In this document: positions 53,881-64,000 of the stretch, piece by piece
Numbering within the stretch: the stretch's first letter is position 1
Layout: each line of letters begins with the position of its first letter
Origin: Bigelowiella natans CCMP2755
Lineage: Eukaryota; Protista; Cercozoa
NCBI GenBank assembly: GCA_000320545.1
Contig: ADNK01001816.1
Span: 73,704-137,703 of the forward strand
Length of the DNA: 64,000 bases
Direction: 5' to 3'
Made by a program: the position numbers and the translations under genes
Notes under the pieces: model-generated
What the model saw: the letters and a program-made list of their open reading frames with translations, nothing else
Databases searched by the model: none
What the model was told of the DNA's origin: nothing

Positions 53881-54280
53881 CAGTAGTAGTAGTCCTCGAG
53901 TGCCAAGCTAATGCAGGGATGACCGTCGCCAGAAACACGTTTCGAGTCAACTGTGTTGGTGGTGTGCAAAATGATCATCATAATTACTACCAGTCAGTCA
54001 TGAATGGATAATGACGATGACGATGATGATGATGATGATGATGATGATGCAACAACTCTTCACGACACAGCACGCATGATGATGATGATGATGATGATCC
54101 AACAACTCTTCACGACGCAGCACGCATGATGATGATGATGATAATGCACCAACTCTTCACGACACAGCACGCATGATGATGATGATGCAACAACTCTTCA
54201 CGACACAGCACGCATGATGATGATGATGCAACAACTCTTCACGACACAGCACGCATAGAAGAACATTCGTCCCTTTAGGG

Positions 54281-54314
<34 letters not shown>

Positions 54315-54481
54315 ATGCTGGCTAAGTATTATTCTTTATGGAAAGTAGTGCCACTAGAAGTAGCTGCTCAATATATCTCCTCTACCTTGGTAACAGCTGC
54401 GGTTTTTAGAGCAACCTCATCATCAAAAGCCTAGTGATAGTACAAACAACCAATAGCATCATTTTATAATTGGAAGTCTTC

Positions 54482-54517
<36 letters not shown>

Positions 54518-55185
54518 ATACTACTTTCATAATTGCTCTCATCACTTTACTCGTTTTAGCCTCACTATCATCGTTTCAATGTTGTTCCAAGTAGTCACAA
54601 TGATGCGTTTGGTGGCTTATTTTAGCTTCTTCCTTTCCTGATCAGTAGTTTTTCTAGTATTACTACCTCTCGGTAGGTGAGTGCGGCAGCCATGACCTTT
54701 TCGAGTGGTAGGACAATCAATCAAGCAAGCAATTAATCATAATTACAAGAGAAAGAAGGTAATGGCATGATATTGCTCACCACCATGACTCATTCTAAGA
54801 TCATACGACGTTAAAAGAAGAAGAAAGATGTAGCAAATAATCCAAACGATATTAACAAGTCTCACCATCATGGTAATATTATTCTATGTGGAAAGGAGCT
54901 CTAATTTACTTCTTCTTCTTCTACTACTACTACTACTACTACTACTACTTACAACCTACCTGCGAAGTATCATGAATTGACAAGCCTAAGGGACAAGTAG
55001 TAGTAGTGGAGCAATGGGGCGATGTTATGATGATCAAGGGAGAAGGAGGAGGAGGGGGAAGGTTCAATGCAATGATGAAGAGGGCGAAATCATGTAATAA
55101 TACAATAATGAGTGCTGAGATATTATTACACCTATGCAAGATGGTGAAAAAGGATGTGATATCCTTTTTTGCGACCAATGCATAC

Positions 55186-55237
<52 letters not shown>

Positions 55238-55418
55238 ATATATATTACATATATGCATGTATATACCCAAAAAAATGCCAACTTGTTCCGAAAGGCCAAA
55301 CATTGCATGTGCAAGGTACGGGTATCTAAGAGGTAGGTAGCACGTAAAACAAATGTAGTTGCCAAATATAAATAAACATATTAAACACATTATTATCATT
55401 TTTTCCTTCAAATAAGGT

Positions 55419-55451
<33 letters not shown>

Positions 55452-56957
55452 ATATTCTCGCGAACTACTACTACAACGATTTCCTAAGGTGTAGTAGTAG
55501 TAGTAGTATTCTCGCGAACTACTACTACAACGATTTCCTAACTGATACATCAACAAGAAACAACTAAATGATGGCCAACACCTCATACAATCATCGAGAG
55601 GGAAATAATGAGGAGATGACATAAGAAAGGAATAAAAACATGTAGAGTGCTGCGGTAACAATAGCATTTCATAAGTCAACTACCAGAATGATTATTAACG
55701 TATTATAACAGAGTATGCAACCAGCCGTAGGTGTTACTAGTACATGATATATTATAGTACGTGATCATTCCAATCGTTCCAAACAAGACTACATTTGCCA
55801 CTGCATATGATACTTCTCTTTTGGATGCATTGATCACAGGTGCTAATGCTGTTATTGCAGTTATTCCACAAATTGAAGTGCCAGCAGCCAAAAGTGATGT
55901 TAGCCGATGGGGCAAATGCATTTTATTGCCCATAAATGTGATGAAGCATAAACCAGCCTATTATAACAATTCACATCATTATGATGGATAAGATGATGAG
56001 GGTAAGAAAGAAAAAGAAGGAGGAAGGAAGAACCAGAAAGCATTCTTGAAAAAGATAGATTGAGATGGGTACTTACAGTGTGATAGTTCTATAATTTAGA
56101 ACATCCATGATTAGATACTCAAGGTCATGTTCCACAACAAAGAAGCACATCATCATCATCACCATCATTATCGAGCCATAAGAAATATCATCGTCATCAT
56201 TATCAAACTAAAAGAAATATGTTCAAACTCACGGTAATGGAAGCTGCGACTGCTGGAATCCCTGCAGCACCTGGTTGTGTTAAGAAATAATTCAAAGTGT
56301 TTACATGCACGTTGTGAGTATACTGATTTTCGATTGTTTCATCATCATCCGTAATATATCAAGGATTGATTTATCAACTATTTTCGATTGGTTCATCATC
56401 CATAATATAGAAGAAGATTATCATCTATCACCTACCATCATAATTATAGTTAAGCAGCCAAAGTAAGGCAGCATTTACAATGTTTGCCCTATTCTGTGGT
56501 CAATTCTCTCCAAAAGCTTCTTCTTAAACAATTATTATTGTTATTATTTATTACCCAAAGATATCATCTCAGCAGCGCTTAACTTAGCACCCTTAGTATT
56601 ATTATCACAATCTTCATCATCATTATCATCATCATTTAACAATCACGAATAGTAGCAGAGGAGTATTATTTGGTATAGGTGGTCTTGAGCTTCTTAAATG
56701 GCTCAATCAGTCGGAAAACTAATAATCCATATTTTCGAGGAGTCTTTACAAATAATTAAGTGCTGGCTGCCCGTTAAAACCACCGTTATCAAGAATATTT
56801 CATACATGAACATTTGGTGTGTTTGAGAGCAGCAGCAGCTATTATTTACCACACAAACAATTCCAGTCCTCAGGATGTGAGTTGTGCTAAATTTTATACC
56901 TGATGGTGATAATAAATGCAGTACTACTAAGTTATGTGAGAGATCATCATCGAGTGG

Positions 56958-56996
<39 letters not shown>

Positions 56997-57640
56997 CTAG
57001 GGAGACAATAACGGCACTACTACTACTGATGCTACTATTAGAATAAGAACTGACCAAGCTCGAATTCCTTGGGAATGATTGTAAAACTTTTAATAGCAGC
57101 GCCCAACATAATAGCTACTGGTATCCCAGAAATCGGACTACTTCCTGTTGGGCAGAGAAGAACGAACAACCACAACAAAAACAATACAACGTTATTGAGA
57201 AAACTTCCACATACATTGTTGTTGTTGCTGCTGCTGCTATGGTTGCTGTGGGCATGCCTGTGGGATCCAGCCCTTGTATCATTAGCACTCCTTTCCCCAA
57301 TTGATCAGCAGTAAAGAAACCCATTTGCATAACGGCAAATGATGCTGCGATTCCTGGCACTACGCCGTACTTATCCATCCATTGCCATGATAAATGTTGT
57401 TTTGGGTTCTCATCGATAGAGACAACACTACTACTGCTACTACTACTACTACTACTACTACTACTAATAACAGCAGCAGAAGAAGAAGCAGATGGAGAAT
57501 CGGTCGCAGATGATGATGATGATGATGATAGCTTCGACTGGAATAATATATGGGTGGTAGAGATTTGAGGAAAAACAGAACAATTCACGTATGAGGATCC
57601 GCTGAGAAAGTTGAGAATATCGAATTTAGTTGCACTACTT

Positions 57641-57673
<33 letters not shown>

Positions 57674-57860
57674 ATAATACCCTTGTTGTTGCTCCTCCTG
57701 CAGCAACCTTATTCTCCGATTGGCTATCATTTGTGAAAGTAGAAGTAGTACTTAAGTTGAATCGTTTTTTCGATTTGCCGAGGATACTAATTACGTTTCG
57801 CCTCCATTCTCTCCTACAAATCGAGGAGGAGAAACCAACCAGCCAACCGTATTTCTGCAT
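52512..57860 (-). CDS. YeiH/UPF0324 (putative sulfate exporter, PSE) family membrane transporter, multi-exon
   Basis: Motifs SGIPVAIMLG, GIKFSTTHILRTGIVCV-GAKLS, LLAAGTSICGITAITALAPVI, GIFLGLSIHDTSQV, TAAVTK-LTRNVFL, PLFVLGF, LGTAMAGVGLST, RPFIVG. Stop 52512-52514. The putative N-terminus MQKYGWLVGFSSSICRREWRRN is R/S-rich. Confidence 0.9.
54040..54256. repeat. Compound minisatellite [(GAT)n + CAACTCTTCACGACACAGCACGCAT] x5 in a YeiH intron
   Basis: Five copies of the core, each preceded by a GAT run of variable length. Confidence 0.92.
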
Positions 57861-58457
57861 CAGGGTTCAGTCGGAAGTTTTCATTTTCGAATATTGGGTT
57901 AGATGAATGCTGTTGAGTAGAATACCTAGTAGTCTTAAACCTGCGCCTTAGCATCAGCATTCCTGCAGACGATAATCTGGCTGCTTTGTTATACCTAAGA
58001 GAAGCAGTCTTTAATTTAGCATTAATTATAGTACAATTCGGAAAGAAATGTAACAAATAAAATCGGGTCATGACCTCATCAGAATCTTGAACGTTGCCTT
58101 GAAGGAGGGCGTGGTTGGGATCCTCTGGTGGCCTAGCTAGAGTAGCAGACAGAGAGCAGAGCAGAGCAGACAGAAGACGTGTCTCTCTCTCTTTCCGAGG
58201 TGTATGTAGTTGGACTTTTCTCCGAACAAATGAAGAGTTTATTACCAGGTGCTCCAAAGATGCCATCTAGGGCCATTTACCATCGAATAATGTCCTTAAC
58301 CTCTTGTCGTAGAGATCTTATGCCAAGGTATGTATGCTGCTTACGGAACGGAATCCACGGATTCCAAATACACTTCCGGTATCGATACCGTTACTACCGG
58401 TATTTGTAAATCTCCAGATACTTCCCCGAGGTAGTCCCCGCCCAACAACAACAACAA

Positions 58458-58490
<33 letters not shown>

Positions 58491-58574
58491 ACTCATCAGA
58501 CAGCTGACCCCACCATCAGATTTGTCTTCGTTCATGCCCTACAGCTGCTGGGAAGATCAAGAGCTATCATCCAC

Positions 58575-59058
58575 ATGCCCGACGCGAAACTAAATATTAA
58601 GCCCTCAACAGGGTCAATGCCTAAAAAGAATGGTGGTGGCAAAGAGGTTGTTCATTGGTAACGCATCTTCGGATCATAAAGTAGTAAAAAGAAATTGGTA
58701 ATGTGTTAGATCATCACCTTGAAGCAAAAAGCAGCAACGCTCTGTCTCCTGGTGGTACAGGTACATTTTTGGTAGTACTTCATAGACAAAGGGCGCAGGG
58801 TATGGGTCGCTGCTTGATAATATCGAATTGTTGATATCCTACCTGATAGTAGATAATTTATGGAGAATGAACGAGATGATAATGACTTTTGTTAAAGTAT
58901 TGAATGATATTCGATGGTGCTGTAAGCCTCCATGAGTATGATCCTTGTCTTTGCATCAGATCGTGGCAACTGTAACGGTGATGAGGTACTCTCGTATCTC
59001 GAGCAGCAGTGATGGGGGAAAACCATATCTCTCATCTTCAGTCGTTGTTTTGGCAGAG

Positions 59059-59089
<31 letters not shown>

Positions 59090-59185
59090 AAGTAGTAGTA
59101 TGATGGGGACAACTCTACTACTAAATAAGATGATGATTCAACTTTCAATTAGAGTGAAACGTTATTATTATTAATATTGTTATCA

Positions 59186-59221
<36 letters not shown>

Positions 59222-62216
59222 GAATAATAATAATATTGTTATCTCTTTAGTATTTGAAAGTTATCATCGCAACCTTCCTTGTGACGCGTGATACGGGGAG
59301 TTGGGTTATTGCGAAGAAAGAAATTTATCAGGAAGTAATGTCAAAGTATGATTGTATAGTGTCGATGGAGGAGAGCGTTATTCTTATTTATAACTTTATA
59401 TAAACTTGCATTTCGAGGGAGAGAGCGTTATTCTTATTTATAACTTTATATAAACTTGCATTTCGAGGGAGAGCAGTAAGGAATGTTAGATATGATGGCA
59501 GTATCGACGAGGAGCGTTATTCTTATTTGTTTTCACACTATTTTCAGGTAGTAGTGAAAAGCCGTGAAACCTTTAAGATGGCGGTATGTACATTGTCGTC
59601 TATGATATCAATCAAGCCCTCCTCCTCCTCCCCCTCCTCTTACACCTCCTCGCCACGATCACGATGGGGAATAATGAGTCATTTACTTAATAGGTCCCTG
59701 CAACGTTGTATGCGGTCCAGAATAATCTTCTATTCATTGCTCTTTCACACCTAGATTCTGCAGTCTACCAGGTGGTTTGTCATGCTTATTATTGCCCCCC
59801 TCAATAGAAGAGAACTCTTCAATCCCGAGAAAGGGATGGGGAGGGGACAACTAGTCAAGCTTTGTAAACTACTTTCAAACTTCACTCAATGAAATTATAT
59901 TTTGTGATGATGGATATGTGGGTTGTTCAATACTATCGTTGTTTTCCTCTTTCCTCCTCCTCCTCCAGATTGTGTACCAAATCAAGACTCTCACCACAGC
60001 TATGTTCGCGGTTGTAGTAGTAGTAGTAGTAGTAATAGTGTGTCGTTATGATAATAATGATGATGATGATGATTCTCTGATCTTATCCAAAATTATGCAA
60101 TTATTTTCATCATTGTTCTTTTGTCTAAATCACCATTATTTACTTCAGGTTTTTATTTTAAGGAAACAAATATCCAAGTGGCAATGGTTGTAGTACACTC
60201 ATTTGATGATGATGATGATACTGCTACAACTACTACTACTACTACTACATCATGATAGAACCATCATTCGTTTTGTTGGATTTATCCGAATAAAAACTTG
60301 TAGGTTTTCCCTTGTACTTTTGGCCATTGGTGTAGCAATAGGTAGTAGTGTTGTTAGCACGTACTAGTAGTATTTGTTGTTATTGATCAAGATGATTTGA
60401 TACTTATTGCTGCAAGTGCATTCGATGATCATAAATGATGATGATGATAATGATGATGATGCTACAGAAACAACAATCACCTGTGGTAGAGTAAGAACTT
60501 ACTCACTCATCATCACTTTTCAACGAATTGATTACATTTAGTGCAACTGGGTGTACATAGCAAAAGTAGTGTCATTGAATCGACTCAAGGTATTAGTTCT
60601 TAGTAGTAGTTTTTGATTTGTAGATTATTAATATTGTTGTTATTATTTGTTATCATCGGGTGCTTTTCTTTATGCAGAAATAATTGCATGTTTTTCTAAC
60701 TAATTATCAAAAGGAGGAAGAGGAGGCGGCGGTGAGGAGGAACAACTGAATAATAACGACGATACTTCTTCTTCTTCGATCCAAGAGCAAAATCCTTTGA
60801 AAGGTTGTGTTTTTTACAATGTGTGCCCTTTCATTGTCATCAAAATCATCATCTTCTTCTTCTTTTTTCTCTGATTGTGGTGTATTGACAAGTTTTCCTT
60901 TGATTCAATCAAATAATAATCGTCGATTTAAATGATCGTCACTACTACACACATACATACTTGCATGTAACCCTAATTAAGTAGTTATTAGTATCAACTT
61001 TCGCCTTCTTCAAGATCTCTCATTAACTTGACACTCTCTTCTCCATTTCTATCCCACTTTTGACATTGTTATCATGGGCCATCATTCAGTATCATCATCA
61101 TCATCATCAATCATCTATAAAATAGGAATATGTGCTATTCTATTGGCCTGTGTATCATCTGGATTTGCTGGCATTTACTTTGAAAAGTAAGCAGTGTAAG
61201 AACAGCAAAAATCGTTGTTTTAATTTGTGGTTCGAATGATAATGATGCTGCAGTCATTGTTGGAAGTCAGTCGTGTGAAAATTGATGATATTGAATTCTT
61301 CCAATATTTACGTCGATGGGGGAGGTTGTTGTGCAGAGTAGTATTTTTCATATTTTCCTTATTATTTTTCGTTGATATATTAATTCTGAAGTCATATTAT
61401 GATTATGTACTGGCCGATGATAACCAACATCATGATTATTATCCTATTATTATTTATTCTCTTAAACAAATAAGGGTTCTAAAACAAACAAAGCAGTCAG
61501 TTTGGATTCGAAACATCCAGCTAGGTACGTACTAGTAGTAGTAGTAGTGTGTGGGGTTATGGAGGTGATGATGATGATGATGATGACCTATAATTGAGGC
61601 TATTATTACGTGTACAACAAGTACTACAGATAATAGCTCATTATGGTCATTTGCAGAAGTCTATTCAAATATATTATTATCATGATCTTCTCATGCTAAT
61701 CTATAGGTTTATTTGGGGGCGGAGCAAGCATTCTCACCATGCTAATCAAAGATTGGTCAGATCTTCAGGTTTGTTTGTTTGTTTGCAGTAACATTCTTGT
61801 CTTCTCCTATGTTTCTACTTTCATCGGACAGTTATTCTGCACAATTGCTACACATTATTATACCACTTATATCACTCTAGTATACTCCTCCTGTATTTTC
61901 CTACTACTTTCATCAGACAGTTATTCTGCATAGTTGTTACACATTATTACTATGCAACTTATTATCACTCTATTATATGATAGGAGCTTGGCTTTTTCCA
62001 TGGCTATACACCTGTTGTAATATTGGTTATATGTTTACAAGCGAGCACTGGTAATAATAATAGCACTTATTATTATTATTATTATTATTATCATTATTAT
62101 GGTTCTGAATCAATAACAGAAACAAAATAGTTTCATTCAATAAATGATCAAGAATAGGAATATAATTTTTTGTGGTATTTTGACGATAAATCTTGTGGAA
62201 ACAATAAAAAAATGTA

Positions 62217-62249
<33 letters not shown>

Positions 62250-62885
62250 ATCTATCTTTCTCTCTTCTCTTTTATTTCCTGTTGTGCATGTGTGTGTGGT
62301 ATACTTCATTTTTATGTCTTCACGTAGTATCATTTTGTTAGGCTTAATTGTGGCTATGGTAGTCAAATACACAGACAACATTGTCAAGGTATTAGTAATA
62401 TAAAATAAAAATCTCATAACCAGTCATTTTCCTCTACTGGATGCATTGCGCCGACAACAAACACCCTTATTGTACTTTCTCCAATACCTACTGTGTTGAT
62501 AATGATGCTCAGGCATTTGCAGGGGCTCTGGCCATTATTGGTAAAAAAAATCAGCTTGTTTGTGCGGTTCATTGATCAAATTTCATTTTCCATGCTATTA
62601 TTTTTCCGATGAATTCTTCAATCTATGATAACAGGGGCCAGTATGACGTCGATATACGTGTTTAGTTTTGAGGTAACGTACATTATCAAAAGACGAATCT
62701 CTCGATTTCACTTATGATTTTCTATCACATTCAGGCTGACAGAAACTTTGTGTTCGGAGGAATTTTGGTATTTTCATATCTTATGTTTTTTGTTCACCAA
62801 TGAAAGCCGAAATTTGCGCAACTATCAGGTTGTCATTGCATCATATATTTATGGCACAAGAGGTCCAAAGAAACATACGAAGTAA
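58575..62885 (+). CDS. Nucleotide-sugar transporter, SLC35A family (UDP-Gal/UDP-GlcNAc/CMP-Sia type), about 19 short exons
   Basis: Motifs VMRYSR, YLSSSVVVLAE-YLK, VPATLYAVQNNLLFIALSHLDSAVYQ-IVYQIKTLTTAMF, SSGFAGIYFEK-VLK, SVWIRNIQLG, GFFHGY, GLIVAMVVKYTDNIVK-AFA, last exon VVIASYIYGTRGPKKHTK* (TAA 62883-62885). Confidence 0.92.
59371..59474. repeat. ~50-bp tandem duplication in an SLC35A intron
   Basis: GAGAGCGTTATTCTTATTTTATAACTTTATATAAACTTGCATTTCGAGGGA twice, plus a partial third copy at ~59512. Confidence 0.9.
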
Positions 62886-63632
62886 ATGCTTCAAGGTAAA
62901 AATTGACATTTCTCGCAATTGGGGACTCGCCCAATTGTTGTTAGATGACATGATGTCTTTTGTTTCAACAGTTGCCATCACAATCTAATCAAAAAGCGCA
63001 GTTCTGTCAATGGTCTCTCATGTGGAACCAGTTCACTGTGCTCTCATTTCCACGTTGTTTCTGTGGTCAACAACATTGCCATGTTGCATGCATGAATTTG
63101 AAATGTCAATTTCACAACAGCATCGTGTGTGTGGGCGTTGTCATCTTCACATGTGAGGCGACAAAATTCATGTCTGCCATGGGGGCGGTTCGTGTGCAAC
63201 GCAACATGCCAAAATGTTCCAGAAGTTGCATGGTGTTTCGTGTAGCTGTTCATGCAAGGCAATGCATTGTTTCATCGCACATCACTTCTTGTCAAGTGCT
63301 GCAAAATTCTGGCAAAATGACCAAACTGATTGACAACCAAACTTGCAAAATCAAGATCAACAAATCCAAAAAAAAAGCACCATTGCTCGCAAAGTCAGGG
63401 TGTTTTTTGTTCCATTCTGGACCAGACTCAAAATGACGGTCGAAACGGGAGTCAACAAAATGAGCAAAACTGGTGGCGAAAAATCAATCAGATGGAGTTT
63501 TTCCTGGCGGGTGCACACAAATGGCGACAGGTGTCTTTGCATGACAGTGGCGAAAGTTTCCAGGTGAATTTCACAGTCACGGTTTTTGACAAGAAACGTG
63601 GATGACGAAATTTTGAATGCCAAGTGGCGATG

Positions 63633-63782
63633 TCAGGGTTGCGGGTTAGGGTCAGGGTTCGGGTTTGGGACAAGGGTTTAGGGTTAGGGTTTAGGGCAAG
63701 GGTTTAGGGTCAGAATTTGGGGTTTTCTCCTGGGCCACGACCAAAGTGACGACCAAAGTGACGATCGAAGTGAGGGTCAAAG
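63633..63782 (+). repeat. Telomere-variant repeats and 12-bp subtelomeric minisatellite
   Basis: TCAGGG, TTCGGG, TTTAGGG and CAAGGG variants at 63633-63712. ACGACCAAAGTG twice plus ACGATCGAAGTG at 63737-63772. Confidence 0.9.
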
Positions 63783-64000
63783 AGGGTTAGGGTTAGGGTT
63801 AGGGTTAGGGTTAGGGTTAGGGTTAGGGTTAGGGTTAGGGTTAGGGTTAGGGTTAGGGTTAGGGTTAGGGTTAGGGTTAGGGTTAGGGTTAGGGTTAGGG
63901 TTAGGGTTAGGGTTAGGGTTAGGGTTAGGGTTAGGGTTAGGGTTAGGGTTAGGGTTAGGGTTAGGGTTAGGGTTAGGGTTAGGGTTAGGGTTAGGGTTAC
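63783..64000 (+). repeat. Telomeric repeat array (TTAGGG)n at the chromosome right end
   Basis: 35 perfect TTAGGG copies at 63787-63996. The G-rich strand runs 5'->3' toward the window end. Confidence 0.98.

Noticed and set aside
3218-62417. Numerous poly-H/I/Y/S/L/E-R ORFs in the supplied track
   Set aside because: Translations of intronic (CAT)n, (TA)n, (TAG)n and (GA)n microsatellites.
62960-63673. Several overlapping ORFs in the subtelomere
   Set aside because: Same artefact: with no TpA, only TGA stops remain.
63997-64000. Terminal TTAC instead of TTAG
   Set aside because: A single last base of the window or contig, which cannot be distinguished from a sequencing or assembly artefact.
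1-64000. tRNA, rRNA or autonomous transposon genes
   Set aside because: None recognised by eye: no transposase, RT or integrase motifs and no tRNA cloverleaf. A covariance-model search was not possible.

Overview
Right-hand chromosome end of an intron-rich eukaryote, ending in (TTAGGG)n. It is probably an alga with a secondary plastid (chlorarachniophyte-like); this is inferred from several signal-peptide plus Ser/Arg-rich leaders and is not proven. By splicing GT-AG introns by hand I reconstructed 14 protein-coding genes. Most short ORFs in the supplied track are microsatellite read-throughs. In order the genes are: Pxp2/DsbA-like thioredoxin-fold protein (-), WS/DGAT (+), alpha/beta hydrolase (-), GH47 alpha-1,2-mannosidase (+), SnoaL/DUF2358-like protein (-), TrmH/SpoU methyltransferase (+), LRR protein (-), MenA (+), HMG-box protein (-), Asp/Asn beta-hydroxylase-like protein (+), EF-hand protein (-), RING-H2 protein (+), YeiH-family transporter (-) and SLC35A nucleotide-sugar transporter (+). 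The strongest signal is architectural. The genes alternate strand perfectly as seven head-to-head pairs. The tail-to-tail spacers and the subtelomere have a distinct composition: in the clearest tracts TpA is almost eliminated except in CTAG/CTA/TAG context, and the subtelomere keeps its CpG. This suggests a locus-targeted, context-specific T>C / A>G mutational or base-modification system at termination zones and telomeres, with the same geography as kinetoplastid base J and the opposite direction to fungal RIP. Exon boundaries and counts were done by eye, and some 5' ends are approximate.
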